This document shows, piece after piece, positions 29,102-39,700 of a stretch of 64,000 nucleotides of DNA. Below the pieces are notes generated by a model that searched no databases, was not told where the DNA came from, and saw only the letters and a list, made by a program, of their open reading frames with translations. Both the position numbers and the translations under genes were made by a program. How positions within the stretch are numbered: position 1 is the first letter of the stretch; every line of letters begins with the position of its first letter. The DNA is from a bacterium (GTDB lineage: Bacteria > UBA8248): assembly GCA_965203325.1 (NCBI GenBank), contig OZ241875.1, forward strand, positions 544,001 through 608,000. Direction: 5' to 3'.

Positions 29102-30391
29102 CTACATCGAATACCCCGCGTCCCGGACGAAACGTCCCAACTCCCGCTTCGTCTCGTCGCCAAAACGCTCGAACATCTCGAGCGTCGCTTTCTTGCTGCC
29201 CTCCACGGCGGGCTGATCGAAAGGGTTCACCCCGCGCAGCAGGCCGCCGTAGACCGCCGCCCACTGCCACAGCGCGATGAGGCCGCACACGTCGGCGACT
29301 GCCAGGGAATCGAGGGTGAGAACCATGTGGGGCGTCCCCCTGCTCTCGGCTTCGGCGGCGACGCCCGCGTGCTCTAAGTGCAAAAACTCGGTGCAGCTCA
29401 CCCCGCCTGGGAGGCGTGCATCCTCCATGAAACGCCCGACACAGACTGACAGCCCAATGACGTTCTCCCGCCCGCCGAAATACCGCTGGTTCGTGTGGTG
29501 CTGACTCTCGGGCGCGCCCGCCCAGAGAATCGTCTGCCCGCGCCCGGCCTTGCAGTAGCTCTCATGCACCAGTTGCACGATGAGTTCGCCCGCGCCTGAT
29601 AGCGCATGGGCGTAAATCGGCATGAAGACCTCCGTGTAGCCGGCCCGCTCCGCCCGCCACAGTTCCAGGGCGAGGGTCTTCGCCATGTTCTCGCTTAGAG
29701 GCGAGGAGACCTTGAGCTTTTCGTGGGCGCCAGCGAAGGCGGCATCAATTTCTCCGGCCAGCTTCGTATTTCCCTCCAGCATCGCGAGGGGCAGGAGCGC
29801 GTTGTTCTGCGCGGCGGTGAAGCGCCCGCCCACCTCGTCGGGATGCGGGAAGGCCTCGAGATTCGCCTCGGCGACCATCGCAGCCAGCTTGCTCGGGCCG
29901 GATGAGGTGATCGCCAGCGCCGGATAGCCGCGCTCCATCAGGAGAGCGGTCTCCTGAATCACGTTTTCCGTCTCGCCCGACTTGCTCACGGGAACGATGA
30001 GCGTGTTCCCGGGGTTGAACGCGCCGCCTTCGCGCAGCAACTCTCCGAGCAGACCGCTCATGTCCGTGCCGTCGAGCAGGTGCAGCTTTCGGGCAAACCC
30101 CCGCTCTGAAAGCGCCAGATAGAGCGCCCACACGTTTCGTATCGATCCCCCGTTCCCGATAACGACGACGTGTTCTTTTCCCTCCGCCGCCCCGAGTTTC
30201 GCCTCCATGCCCGCTACGTCCGCCCGCTCCGTGGCGAACCAGGGCTCTCCCGGCCCCTTCTGATCCCAAGCTATCAGTTCGGCGCACCGCGCAGGGTTGT
30301 CGAGAAGGGCCTTTTTCTCGCGCCAGAGATCGTCCTTTCCCCTCTCGCCGAGCGGGGTTTCGAAACTCCTCAAGTACAGATGCAGGCTCAA
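29102..30391 (-). CDS. pgi: Glucose-6-phosphate isomerase family protein
   Basis: IGNGGS, VSKSGET, VGGRF, QL..ES and NPFDQPAVE.SK motifs. Confidence 0.75.
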   Translation of the reverse strand: MSLHLYLRSFETPLGERGKDDLWREKKALLDNPARCAELIAWDQKGPGEPWFATERADVAGMEAKLGAAEGKEHVVVIGNGGSIRNVWALYLALSERGFARKLHLLDGTDMSGLLGELLREGGAFNPGNTLIVPVSKSGETENVIQETALLMERGYPALAITSSGPSKLAAMVAEANLEAFPHPDEVGGRFTAAQNNALLPLAMLEGNTKLAGEIDAAFAGAHEKLKVSSPLSENMAKTLALELWRAERAGYTEVFMPIYAHALSGAGELIVQLVHESYCKAGRGQTILWAGAPESQHHTNQRYFGGRENVIGLSVCVGRFMEDARLPGGVSCTEFLHLEHAGVAAEAESRGTPHMVLTLDSLAVADVCGLIALWQWAAVYGGLLRGVNPFDQPAVEGSKKATLEMFERFGDETKRELGRFVRDAGYSM

Positions 30392-30433
30392 ACCTTGGCT
30401 CCTCGTTCCTAAGGTGTCGGAAAATGCATCATA

Positions 30434-31291
30434 TTACATCGGCCCCTCGTCCAGATGGGCCTTCATGCTGCGCAAGACGATGGGGATGAGACCCGCGGGC
30501 GGAAGATTCAACCGCTCGAAAACGAACGCAGCCGCCTCTTCAGGCGAAACATCATCTCCCTTCTCTGATAAGGCCTGCCGCACCAGTCCGTCGATCTCCT
30601 GCATATAGCCCGCCCCGCTCTCGATGTGGCTTGCAACCGCCTCATCACGCGAGACCTCCCGGCTCATGGCGGAGAGCAGGACGCTCACGCCTTGAAGCGC
30701 CTTCAGCCTCTCCAGACTCGCCAGCGTATCCCGTAAGCTCTCATAGATCGGCAACGCCCCCGGTTCGGGCAGCACGTCCCCGCAGATGAGCGCGCCCTCC
30801 TCCGGCACGAAGAAAGAGAGGCTTCCCGCCGAATGGCCCGGCGTGTGGATCACCCGGACTTTGACGCCGCCCGGCGATATCTCGCCGCCCTCGGCCAGAA
30901 AGCCCGCGAGCTTCACGGGGCCCGATACCGCATCGCGCATTCTCCCCACCGGACGGACGCTGTGCTGATAGTCCAGATCCTCGATCATCCGCCGCTCCGC
31001 CTCGGGGCCGAAAAATTCAGGTGCAGCCTTTTCCGCGACAAGACCGTTCCCGCCGATATGGTCGAAATGGGAGTGCGTGAGCAGGACGTGCGCAATCTCT
31101 TGAGGACTCCTGCCGATGGACTCGATGTAGGCGAAGATATCCGGCGCCGTTGCGGCGACGCCCGTGTCGATCAGGGTGAGCGTATCGCCCGCGAGGATGT
31201 AGGACGTGACGAACCTCGGGATCCGCTCGCCCGCGGGTGTTTTGATCTCGAATTCCAGCCAGAGGCAATGCACGTGCGGCGTGATCTGCAT
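30434..31291 (-). CDS. MBL-fold metallo-hydrolase
   Basis: LIDTG, THSHFDHIGG, HTPGHS and CGD motifs. Confidence 0.85.
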   Translation of the reverse strand: MQITPHVHCLWLEFEIKTPAGERIPRFVTSYILAGDTLTLIDTGVAATAPDIFAYIESIGRSPQEIAHVLLTHSHFDHIGGNGLVAEKAAPEFFGPEAERRMIEDLDYQHSVRPVGRMRDAVSGPVKLAGFLAEGGEISPGGVKVRVIHTPGHSAGSLSFFVPEEGALICGDVLPEPGALPIYESLRDTLASLERLKALQGVSVLLSAMSREVSRDEAVASHIESGAGYMQEIDGLVRQALSEKGDDVSPEEAAAFVFERLNLPPAGLIPIVLRSMKAHLDEGPM

Positions 31292-31404
31292 GGAATCATC
31301 CTGGATGAATGGCGGAAAATTTATTAGTGCATCAATCAACGGGGAATCTACCAAAACCGCAAGGCGCGCGAAACGCGGTTGTTGTAAAAGTCCGAAAGGA
31401 AATA

Positions 31405-31608
31405 AATCACTCCCCCCTTGAGGGGCTTGTTGATAAACCCCGAGAGGAAAATTTGTTTGTGTGTAGGGGTCGCATATATGCGACCCTGATTTTTTTGCCC
31501 ACTACAAGGGCCGCATGTATGCGGCCCCTACAAAACCACCCCTCCTCGGTCGCACAAAACCCTCGTTCATCAGGACTTTTTCAACAGCCCCTCAAGGGGG
31601 GAGTGGTT
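31405..31608. repeat. MITE-like element containing GTAG-type REP palindromes
   Basis: ~30-bp outer inverted repeat (CACTCCCCCCTTGAGGGGCTTGTTGA / TCAACAGCCCCTCAAGGGGGGAGTG); internal GTAGGGGTCGCATATATGCGACCCT and AGGGCCGCATGTATGCGGCCCCTAC. Confidence 0.85.
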
Positions 31609-31812
31609 GGTTCACGCTCTGCAAGCGAGGAGTAAAGTTTCATCTCTCCATGATCGGCTCCATAAGTGGAATCACAAATTCACGAAATCCTCATCTTTTC
31701 CTCGCCCTTAACTTGCTGTATAAAGCCGCTTTGCGGCGGGTCCGCCGGAAAATCGCCCGTTTGGGCTGATGCGGCCCGCCGCGCGCGGAGAGCATTTTCT
31801 CTGGAGAAGACG

Positions 31813-32235
31813 ATGAACACGACCGCCTTGAGCCTCACCCTGCTCGCCGTCCTGTGCTTCGGCGTCTGGGGATTCTTCATGAAGATGGGCCAGGAGCGCC
31901 TGGGCGCGATGCCGCACCTCATGGGAATGGGCGTCACCACCGCGGTCGTCGTGGTGATCGCCGTCTTGAGCAGACAGTTCCCCTTGCCGCCGATGCGTAT
32001 GGAGGTCATGTGGCTGCCCGTGGTCGCCACGGTGGCCACCCTGCTGGCCATGCTCTTTCTGGTGCTGGCGCTGTCGAAGGCGGAAGGCCAGACGGCGGGC
32101 GTGGTGGCGCTTTCGGCGCTGTATCCGGGCGTCACGGCGGTTCTGGCGGCGATGTTCCTGGGCGAGGGCTTCACGCCCGCCAAGGTGGGCGGACTCGTCT
32201 GCGCCGCCCTGGCCGCATTCCTGTTCACGCGCTAG
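31813..32235 (+). CDS. Small EamA-family membrane protein
   Basis: Five hydrophobic helices; FGVWGFFMK and ALYPGVT.VLA..FLGE motifs. Confidence 0.8.
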   Translation: MNTTALSLTLLAVLCFGVWGFFMKMGQERLGAMPHLMGMGVTTAVVVVIAVLSRQFPLPPMRMEVMWLPVVATVATLLAMLFLVLALSKAEGQTAGVVALSALYPGVTAVLAAMFLGEGFTPAKVGGLVCAALAAFLFTR

Positions 32236-32252
32236 GTGGGAATCCTCAAGCC

Positions 32253-34400
32253 ATGACGACCAAACGCGGACTTCGCATCGGCATCGATACGGGCGGCACG
32301 TTCACCGATGTGGTCGGCGTGCGCTCCGACTCCGGCGAGGTCTTCACCACCAAGACGCCGACGACGCCCGCCGATTTCAGCGAGGGCCTGATACAGGGCA
32401 TCCGGAAAATTCTCTCCGAGACCAAGATCCGCCCGGCCATGGTGAACGGCGTGTTCCACGGAACGACGGTGGCGACGAACGCCATCCTGGAGCGCCGCTT
32501 TGAGGACCTGGGCTTCATCGTCACGGGCGGTTTCCGCCATCTGCTCGAAATCGGCGGGGCGAACGGCACGGCGAAGACCAATTACGCCGCTCCCCTGCTC
32601 GCAAAACCCCGCGACGCGCTGGTTCCCCCAGAACGGGTACGGGAAGCCAAGGAGAGAATCTCCGCATCGGGCGAAGTTCTCGAATCCCTGAATGAACAGG
32701 ACGCCTTAAAACTCGCCAGGTGGTTCAAGGGGCAGCGTATCGGCTCTGTGGGGGTCTGTCTGCTCCACGCCTACGCCAACCCGGCGCACGAGGAATTGAT
32801 ATTAGAGGCCTTCGAGCGCGAATACCCCGAATGCTTCGTGAGCATATCGAGCGAGGTGATCCCCGAGCCCGGCGAATACGAGCGCGCCATCACCACGCTT
32901 CTCGATGCGTGCATCAAGCCGCGCATCAAGGACTATGTCGAGAACGCTTCCAGGAAAATCGAGGACACCCTGGGCGGCGCGCCGTTCATGATAATGAAGA
33001 GCAACGGCGGGGTTTCTACCGCGCGCGAGATCGCCAAGCGGCCCATCGGCACCGTGCTCTCGGGACCGGCTGCCGGCGCGCTCTCCGCCGCGTTTCTCGG
33101 GAAACTCTCGGGGCATGAGCAGCTCATCACCCTGGACGGGGGCGGCACCTCGACCGACATCGCCGTAGTCGAGGGCGGCGAGGCCAAGCGCGCCACCCGG
33201 CACCAGCTCGATGAGTTTTACTTGAGGATGCCGATGATCGACGTCGTCACCATCGGCACAGGCGGCGGGTCGGTCGCCTGGCGAAGCCCCGAGGGGCGTC
33301 TGCGCGTGGGGCCCCGGAGCGCGGGCGCGGACCCGGGCCCCATCTGCTACGGAAAGGGCGGCGAAGAGCCCACCCTCACCGACGCGAACCTGCTCCTCGC
33401 GCGCAGCCCGCTCCACCTGGCGGGCGGCGAGGTGAAGCTCAACAAGGCCCTCGCCATGAAGGCCATGCGCGATCTGGCGCGCGGGTTCGACATGAACCCC
33501 CACAAGATGGCCTCGGGCGTGGTCGAAATCGCCGCCTGGAACCAGACCCACGCCGTGCGCCGCGCGACGGTGCAGCGGGGCATTTCTCCCAAAAACTTCG
33601 CCCTGATGGCCTTCGGCGGCTCGGGGCCGCTCACGGCGGGTCTGGTGGCCGAACTCCTGGAGATCGACACCGTCATCGTCCCGCCCTTCGCGGGGATGAC
33701 GAGCGCGTTCGGGCTGGAGGTCGTAGACCTCGTGAACGATCACGCGGCGGCGCACTATCAATCCGAAGAAAACGTCCAGCCCGAAGCCCTGGGCGACGCG
33801 TACGAGAAGCTCGAAACCCAAGCGGCGGCGGGCCTCGAAAACGAGGGGGTTCCCCCCCACCGGCGGATGATGCGCCGCACCGCCGAGATGCGCTACCAGG
33901 GAGAGGCCACCGAGATCGAAGTCGACGTGCCCGGCGGCTACATCACCCCGCCTGTGCTGGCGGAGGCCTTCGAGCGCTTCCACACCCTCTACCAGCGCCG
34001 CTACACCTACAACCACAAGGGCAGCCGCCCGGTCGAGATCGTGCACCTGCGCGTGACGGGTATCGGCATGACGGAGCCGCCCAACCTGCCCCTCATCCCG
34101 GCGGGCGACGACAGCCCCGAGGAGGCTTATAAGGGCGCGCGCCTCGTCTGGTTCAAGGAGCTGGGTGGGTTTCACGACACGCCGGTCTACTACCGGGAGA
34201 GGCTGCTGGAGGGCAACTACATCCCCGGACCGGCCATCGTCGAGAGCTTCGGCAGCACGACGGCCATCTTCCCCCGGCAGGAAGCCCGGGTGGACAGGTA
34301 CGGAAACCTGGTGATGCGCTTCCGCTCGGAAGTCTTCGAGCGCGACGAGCGCGCCGGCAGGCCGACGGGCGATCACGGCGTGGGAGCGGCATGGGGATGA
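32253..34400 (+). CDS. Hydantoinase/oxoprolinase subunit A
   Basis: IDTGGTFTD, HGTTVATNA, SGPAAG, DGGGTSTD and SAGADPGPICY motifs; start moved to ATG 32253. Confidence 0.92.
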   Translation: MTTKRGLRIGIDTGGTFTDVVGVRSDSGEVFTTKTPTTPADFSEGLIQGIRKILSETKIRPAMVNGVFHGTTVATNAILERRFEDLGFIVTGGFRHLLEIGGANGTAKTNYAAPLLAKPRDALVPPERVREAKERISASGEVLESLNEQDALKLARWFKGQRIGSVGVCLLHAYANPAHEELILEAFEREYPECFVSISSEVIPEPGEYERAITTLLDACIKPRIKDYVENASRKIEDTLGGAPFMIMKSNGGVSTAREIAKRPIGTVLSGPAAGALSAAFLGKLSGHEQLITLDGGGTSTDIAVVEGGEAKRATRHQLDEFYLRMPMIDVVTIGTGGGSVAWRSPEGRLRVGPRSAGADPGPICYGKGGEEPTLTDANLLLARSPLHLAGGEVKLNKALAMKAMRDLARGFDMNPHKMASGVVEIAAWNQTHAVRRATVQRGISPKNFALMAFGGSGPLTAGLVAELLEIDTVIVPPFAGMTSAFGLEVVDLVNDHAAAHYQSEENVQPEALGDAYEKLETQAAAGLENEGVPPHRRMMRRTAEMRYQGEATEIEVDVPGGYITPPVLAEAFERFHTLYQRRYTYNHKGSRPVEIVHLRVTGIGMTEPPNLPLIPAGDDSPEEAYKGARLVWFKELGGFHDTPVYYRERLLEGNYIPGPAIVESFGSTTAIFPRQEARVDRYGNLVMRFRSEVFERDERAGRPTGDHGVGAAWG

Positions 34401-36109
34401 ACGCGAACCCGATTGTCAGCGAAATCCTGGCGGGGGCGCTTCGCGCGGTCGAGGAGGAAGTCGAGGACCTCCTCGCGCGCATCTGGCGAAGCCCGTCCCT
34501 GCGCGACGCGGGCGATTTCTCGGTCTGTCTGTTCGACCGCTTCGGGCGCGCGCTCACCGGGCGGGTGCTCGCCACAGGCCCCGCGCCCGTCATCCGCGCC
34601 TATCCCGACCCGGCCGAGGGCGACGTTTTCCTCCACAACGACCCCTACATGCCCCCCGCGGGCTTGGGCGAGGCCGCGGAACTATGCCTCACACGCCCCC
34701 TATTCGCAGAGGGCGCGCTCATCGCCTTTTTGCAGATCAGGGGGCGTCACGACGATCTGGGCGGCGCGCTGCCCGGAGGTGCCAGCGTCGGCTCGCGCGA
34801 GAGCTATCACGAGGGCGTCCTCATCCCGCCCGTGCGGATAGCGCGCGGCGATGAGACGGTCGATGACATCAAGACGCTGCTCTTGCGCAACAGCCGCCAG
34901 GCCCATCACCTGGGGGACGACATCGACGCCCAACTCGGCGCGCTCCGCGTCGGCGCGGCGCGGCTCAAGGATTTGACGCGGCGGTACGGAGCGGAGAACC
35001 TCACGGCGTGCTTCGCCGATCTGCTGAGAGAATGCGAACTCGCGTTCCGCGGCCATCTCATCCCGCAACTCCCCGAAAAAAGCTGGACGGCGAAAACCGC
35101 CGTCGAAACGGACGGATTGAACGGCCCGCATGAACTCGCGCTCACGCTCACGCGGCAAAAGGACGCTCTCCATATCGGACTGGACGCGGCCCCCCAAGCG
35201 CGCGGCCCCATCAACTGCCCCCTGGAGGGAGAGGGCGCGCAGTTCCTGACCCGCCTCCTGGCCCCCATGCTGCTCCATCTTCAGGACGATATGAATGAGA
35301 CTCCCCTGAACGACGGGGCCTTGCGGGGGTTCCAGATAAAATTGCCGGAACCGGGCACGATTCTCACCCCCCGCTTCCCCGCCCCGACGGGCCTGAGGGC
35401 GCTCACGCTCGGAAAGCTGCTCTCGGCGTTCGGCGAGGCGCTATTCGAAGCCTCCGGCGGGCGCACGCCCACGGGCTTCGATAACCTGAGGACGCTCAGC
35501 TTCTGGGGACACGACGAGAAAGGCGGCTTCCACCTGCTGAGAGAAGCCCTCGGCGCAGGCGCGGGCGCGGGGGTGAAGGGAGACGGGGCATCCGCCGTTC
35601 CCCCGCTCGGCGCGACCGGCGGCATGCCCGTCGAGGTGATGGAGGCGCGTTATCCGGTGCGGGTCGAGTCGATGGGGCTGGCGCAGGACTCGGGCGGCGC
35701 GGGCGCGCGGCGCGGCGGCCTGGGGGTTTTTCGGGAATACCGCATGCTCATCGACGGCGTATCGGCGAGTGCTGCGGGAAGCGCCGAAGCCAGCCCCGCG
35801 GGCGGGCCGGGCGCATCGGCCGGACAGCCCTACGAGATGCGCCGGCGCTCCGGCAAAAAGAGCGCGCAAGCTCCCGCCGTCGGTGCTTCCACGGCGTTCT
35901 CTAAAGGCGATTCGATTCGGGTCTCCACCCCCGGCGGCGGCGGGTGGGGCGACCCCAAAGAACGCGACCCCGAGGACGTGCGCGCCGACGTGTTGCGCGG
36001 CTTCGTTTCGCCCAAGGCGGCGGAGGCGGCCTACGGCGTGGTGCTGGGCGGCGCGCCGGGCTTTCAAATCGATGCGGATGCAACCCGAAAACGCAGGCAG
36101 GGAAAATAA
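34391..36109 (+). CDS. Hydantoinase/oxoprolinase subunit B (divergent)
   Basis: DFSVCLFD, GDVFLHNDPY, HDDLGG, EG..IPPV, DSGGAG.RRGGLG and TPGGGGWGDP motifs. Confidence 0.85.
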   Translation: MGMNANPIVSEILAGALRAVEEEVEDLLARIWRSPSLRDAGDFSVCLFDRFGRALTGRVLATGPAPVIRAYPDPAEGDVFLHNDPYMPPAGLGEAAELCLTRPLFAEGALIAFLQIRGRHDDLGGALPGGASVGSRESYHEGVLIPPVRIARGDETVDDIKTLLLRNSRQAHHLGDDIDAQLGALRVGAARLKDLTRRYGAENLTACFADLLRECELAFRGHLIPQLPEKSWTAKTAVETDGLNGPHELALTLTRQKDALHIGLDAAPQARGPINCPLEGEGAQFLTRLLAPMLLHLQDDMNETPLNDGALRGFQIKLPEPGTILTPRFPAPTGLRALTLGKLLSAFGEALFEASGGRTPTGFDNLRTLSFWGHDEKGGFHLLREALGAGAGAGVKGDGASAVPPLGATGGMPVEVMEARYPVRVESMGLAQDSGGAGARRGGLGVFREYRMLIDGVSASAAGSAEASPAGGPGASAGQPYEMRRRSGKKSAQAPAVGASTAFSKGDSIRVSTPGGGGWGDPKERDPEDVRADVLRGFVSPKAAEAAYGVVLGGAPGFQIDADATRKRRQGK

Positions 36110-36202
36110 ATTCGCACTTTCTCCCTCGATGCAGCGGATTCAAGGCGCAAAGGGGGATAAAATCCCTCCGCCGCACTTGGAGCCGCCCATCGTATCGGGT
36201 AG

Positions 36203-37285
<1,083 letters not shown>

Positions 37286-37299
37286 GAGGCCCAGGATCA

Positions 37300-38523
37300 A
37301 TGGCGACGATCACGAGCACGATTGAGAACGGCGACCCGAAACTCGGCGTCGAGGACATCGACGTCGCGGGCAAGCGCGTTTTCCTGCGCGTCGACTTCAA
37401 CGTGCCGCTCGACGATCAGGGACACATCACGGACGACGCCCGCATCCGGGCGGCCCTGCCCACCATCAACTATCTGCTGGACGAGGGCGCGCGGGTCGTC
37501 ATCGGCTCCCACATCGGCCGGCCCAAGGGAAAGCCCGACCTCAGAAACTCCCTTGGCCCCGTCGCAAAGCGCCTGGCCCGGCTTCTGGAGAAGGAATGCC
37601 CCCTGGCCCCCGCCCCCACGGGAGCGGAGACCCGGAGCATGGCGGAGGAGATGCGGCCCGGCCAGGTGCTCCTGCTGGAGAACCTCCGGTTTCATCCGGG
37701 CGAGGAGAAAAACGACGATAAGTTCGCCCGCGAACTCGCCTCCCTGGCCGACATATACATCGGCGACGCGTTCGGCAACGCCCACCGCAACCACGCCTCG
37801 ATGTCGGCGATCACGAAATTCCTGAACCCCGCCGTCGCCGGTTTCCTGATGATCAAGGAGGTCAGCTACTTAAGCGGCGCGGTGAACAACCCGATGCGCC
37901 CCGTGGTGGCGATCGTCGGGGGCGCGAAGGCGAGCGCCAAGATCGGCATCGTCGAGCGGATTCTCCCCAAGATGGACAAGATCGTCATCGGGGGCGGCAT
38001 GGCGGGCACCTTCCACCGCGCGCTGGGCTACGAGATGGGAAACAGCCTCGTCGAGGAGCACATGGTGGACACGGCGCGCTCCATCATGAACAAGGCGCAG
38101 GAGCTGGAGGTGAAGTTCTACCTCCCCAGCGACTACGTGATCGCGGACAAGTTCGAGGCCTCGGCGGAGACCAAGGTGGTGCCCGCCCAGGAAGTGCCCG
38201 AGGAGTGGTATGCGCTCGACATCGGACCGGCGAGCACGACTCTGTTCGGCGAGGTGCTCCAGGACGCGAAGACCATCATCTGGAACGGGCCGATGGGCGT
38301 GTTCGAGGTGGACGCCTTCTCGCGCGGCACCTACGCCATGGTGAACCACGTGGCGAACTCCTACGCGCTGACCATCGTGGGCGGCGGCGATACCGACGTG
38401 GCCGTCCACGCGGCGGGCGAATCGCGCCGCATCTCCTACATCAGCACGGGCGGCGGCGCCTTCCTGGAACTGCTCGAGGGGAAAGAACTCCCCGGCCTGG
38501 CCTGTCTCACGGACAAAACCTGA
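37300..38523 (+). CDS. pgk: Phosphoglycerate kinase
   Basis: RVDFNVP, LLENLRF, DAFG.AHR, WNGPMGVFE and STGGGAFLE motifs. Confidence 0.98.
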   Translation: MATITSTIENGDPKLGVEDIDVAGKRVFLRVDFNVPLDDQGHITDDARIRAALPTINYLLDEGARVVIGSHIGRPKGKPDLRNSLGPVAKRLARLLEKECPLAPAPTGAETRSMAEEMRPGQVLLLENLRFHPGEEKNDDKFARELASLADIYIGDAFGNAHRNHASMSAITKFLNPAVAGFLMIKEVSYLSGAVNNPMRPVVAIVGGAKASAKIGIVERILPKMDKIVIGGGMAGTFHRALGYEMGNSLVEEHMVDTARSIMNKAQELEVKFYLPSDYVIADKFEASAETKVVPAQEVPEEWYALDIGPASTTLFGEVLQDAKTIIWNGPMGVFEVDAFSRGTYAMVNHVANSYALTIVGGGDTDVAVHAAGESRRISYISTGGGAFLELLEGKELPGLACLTDKT

Positions 38524-38553
38524 AAACCCCAGAAAGATAAAGAGGAACTCGCG

Positions 38554-39336
38554 ATGCGGCGCGCCCTCGTGGCCGGCAACTGGAAGATGAACAAGACGAT
38601 AGCGGAGGCGCGAACCCTCGCGCGCGAGGTGGCCGGGGGCGTCGCGGGAGAGAACCCATCCGGCGTCGACGTCCTGCTGGGACCGCCCTATCTCGCCCTC
38701 CCGGCGGTCGCGGAGGCGGTCGCGGGGAGCGCCGTCGGCGTCGCCGGGCAGAACTGCTCCCATCACCCGGACGGCGCATATACCGGCGAGGTGAGCGTCT
38801 CGATGCTCAGGGACGCAGGCGCCACCCACGTCATCCTCGGACACAGCGAGAGGCGCGAGTTGATGGGAGAAGGCGACGGCCTCATCGCCCGCAAGGCGCA
38901 GGCGGCGAGCGCGGGCGGCCTCACGCCCATCATCTGCCTCGGAGAGCCATTTACGACGAGAAAAGCCGGAAAGACGCTTGAGCGCCTCGCGCACCAGATA
39001 GAGCACTCGATTCAGGGCGCGTTCGCCTCCCCTCCTCCGGGGGGTTTCGTCGTCGCGTACGAACCCGTTTGGGCCATCGGCACGGGCCTCACGGCCACGC
39101 CCGAACAGGCCCAGGAGGCGCACGCGTTCATCCGCAAGCGGCTCGAGGACATTTTTGGCTTGGAATGCGCGCAGGAAACGCGTATCTTATACGGAGGAAG
39201 CGTGAAACCGGATAACGCCGCGGATTTGTTCGCCGGGCCCGACATCGACGGCGGCCTCATCGGCGGGGCGAGCCTGAACGGCGCAGATTTTCTGGAAATC
39301 ATCCGCTCCGCGGGGACGGGTTCCGCACAGACATGA
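38554..39336 (+). CDS. tpiA: Triose-phosphate isomerase
   Basis: AGNWKMN, GHSERR, AYEPVWAIGTG and YGGSV motifs. Confidence 0.98.
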   Translation: MRRALVAGNWKMNKTIAEARTLAREVAGGVAGENPSGVDVLLGPPYLALPAVAEAVAGSAVGVAGQNCSHHPDGAYTGEVSVSMLRDAGATHVILGHSERRELMGEGDGLIARKAQAASAGGLTPIICLGEPFTTRKAGKTLERLAHQIEHSIQGAFASPPPGGFVVAYEPVWAIGTGLTATPEQAQEAHAFIRKRLEDIFGLECAQETRILYGGSVKPDNAADLFAGPDIDGGLIGGASLNGADFLEIIRSAGTGSAQT

Positions 39337-39349
39337 GAAGAGTGAGAAA

Positions 39350-39658
39350 ATGACGATAGTCTTGACCGTTTTGCACGTAGCCGTTGCGATTTGCCTGATC
39401 CTCTCCGTGCTTCTCCAGGCGGGCAAAGGCGGCGGCATGGGCGCCGCCTTCGGCGGATCGAGCGATACGATGTTCGGGACGCGGGGGCCGGTGAACTTCC
39501 TGAGCAAGGTCACGACCGGCGCCGCCGTCCTCTTCATGGTGACATCGCTTCTGCTCACCTACATCGGCTCGCACAACGCCAACCAGGGCGGATCGATAGT
39601 GCCCAGCGCGCCGGTACAAGGAGCACCGACAACACCTGCCGCCCCGGAAAAGAAATAG
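39350..39658 (+). CDS. secG: Preprotein translocase subunit SecG
   Basis: VLLQAGKGGGMGAAFGG, two TM helices, follows tpiA. Confidence 0.95.
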   Translation: MTIVLTVLHVAVAICLILSVLLQAGKGGGMGAAFGGSSDTMFGTRGPVNFLSKVTTGAAVLFMVTSLLLTYIGSHNANQGGSIVPSAPVQGAPTTPAAPEKK

Positions 39659-39700
39659 AGCGAGGCCGACTCCTCTATTCAAGCGTTCTAAGGGCCGACG

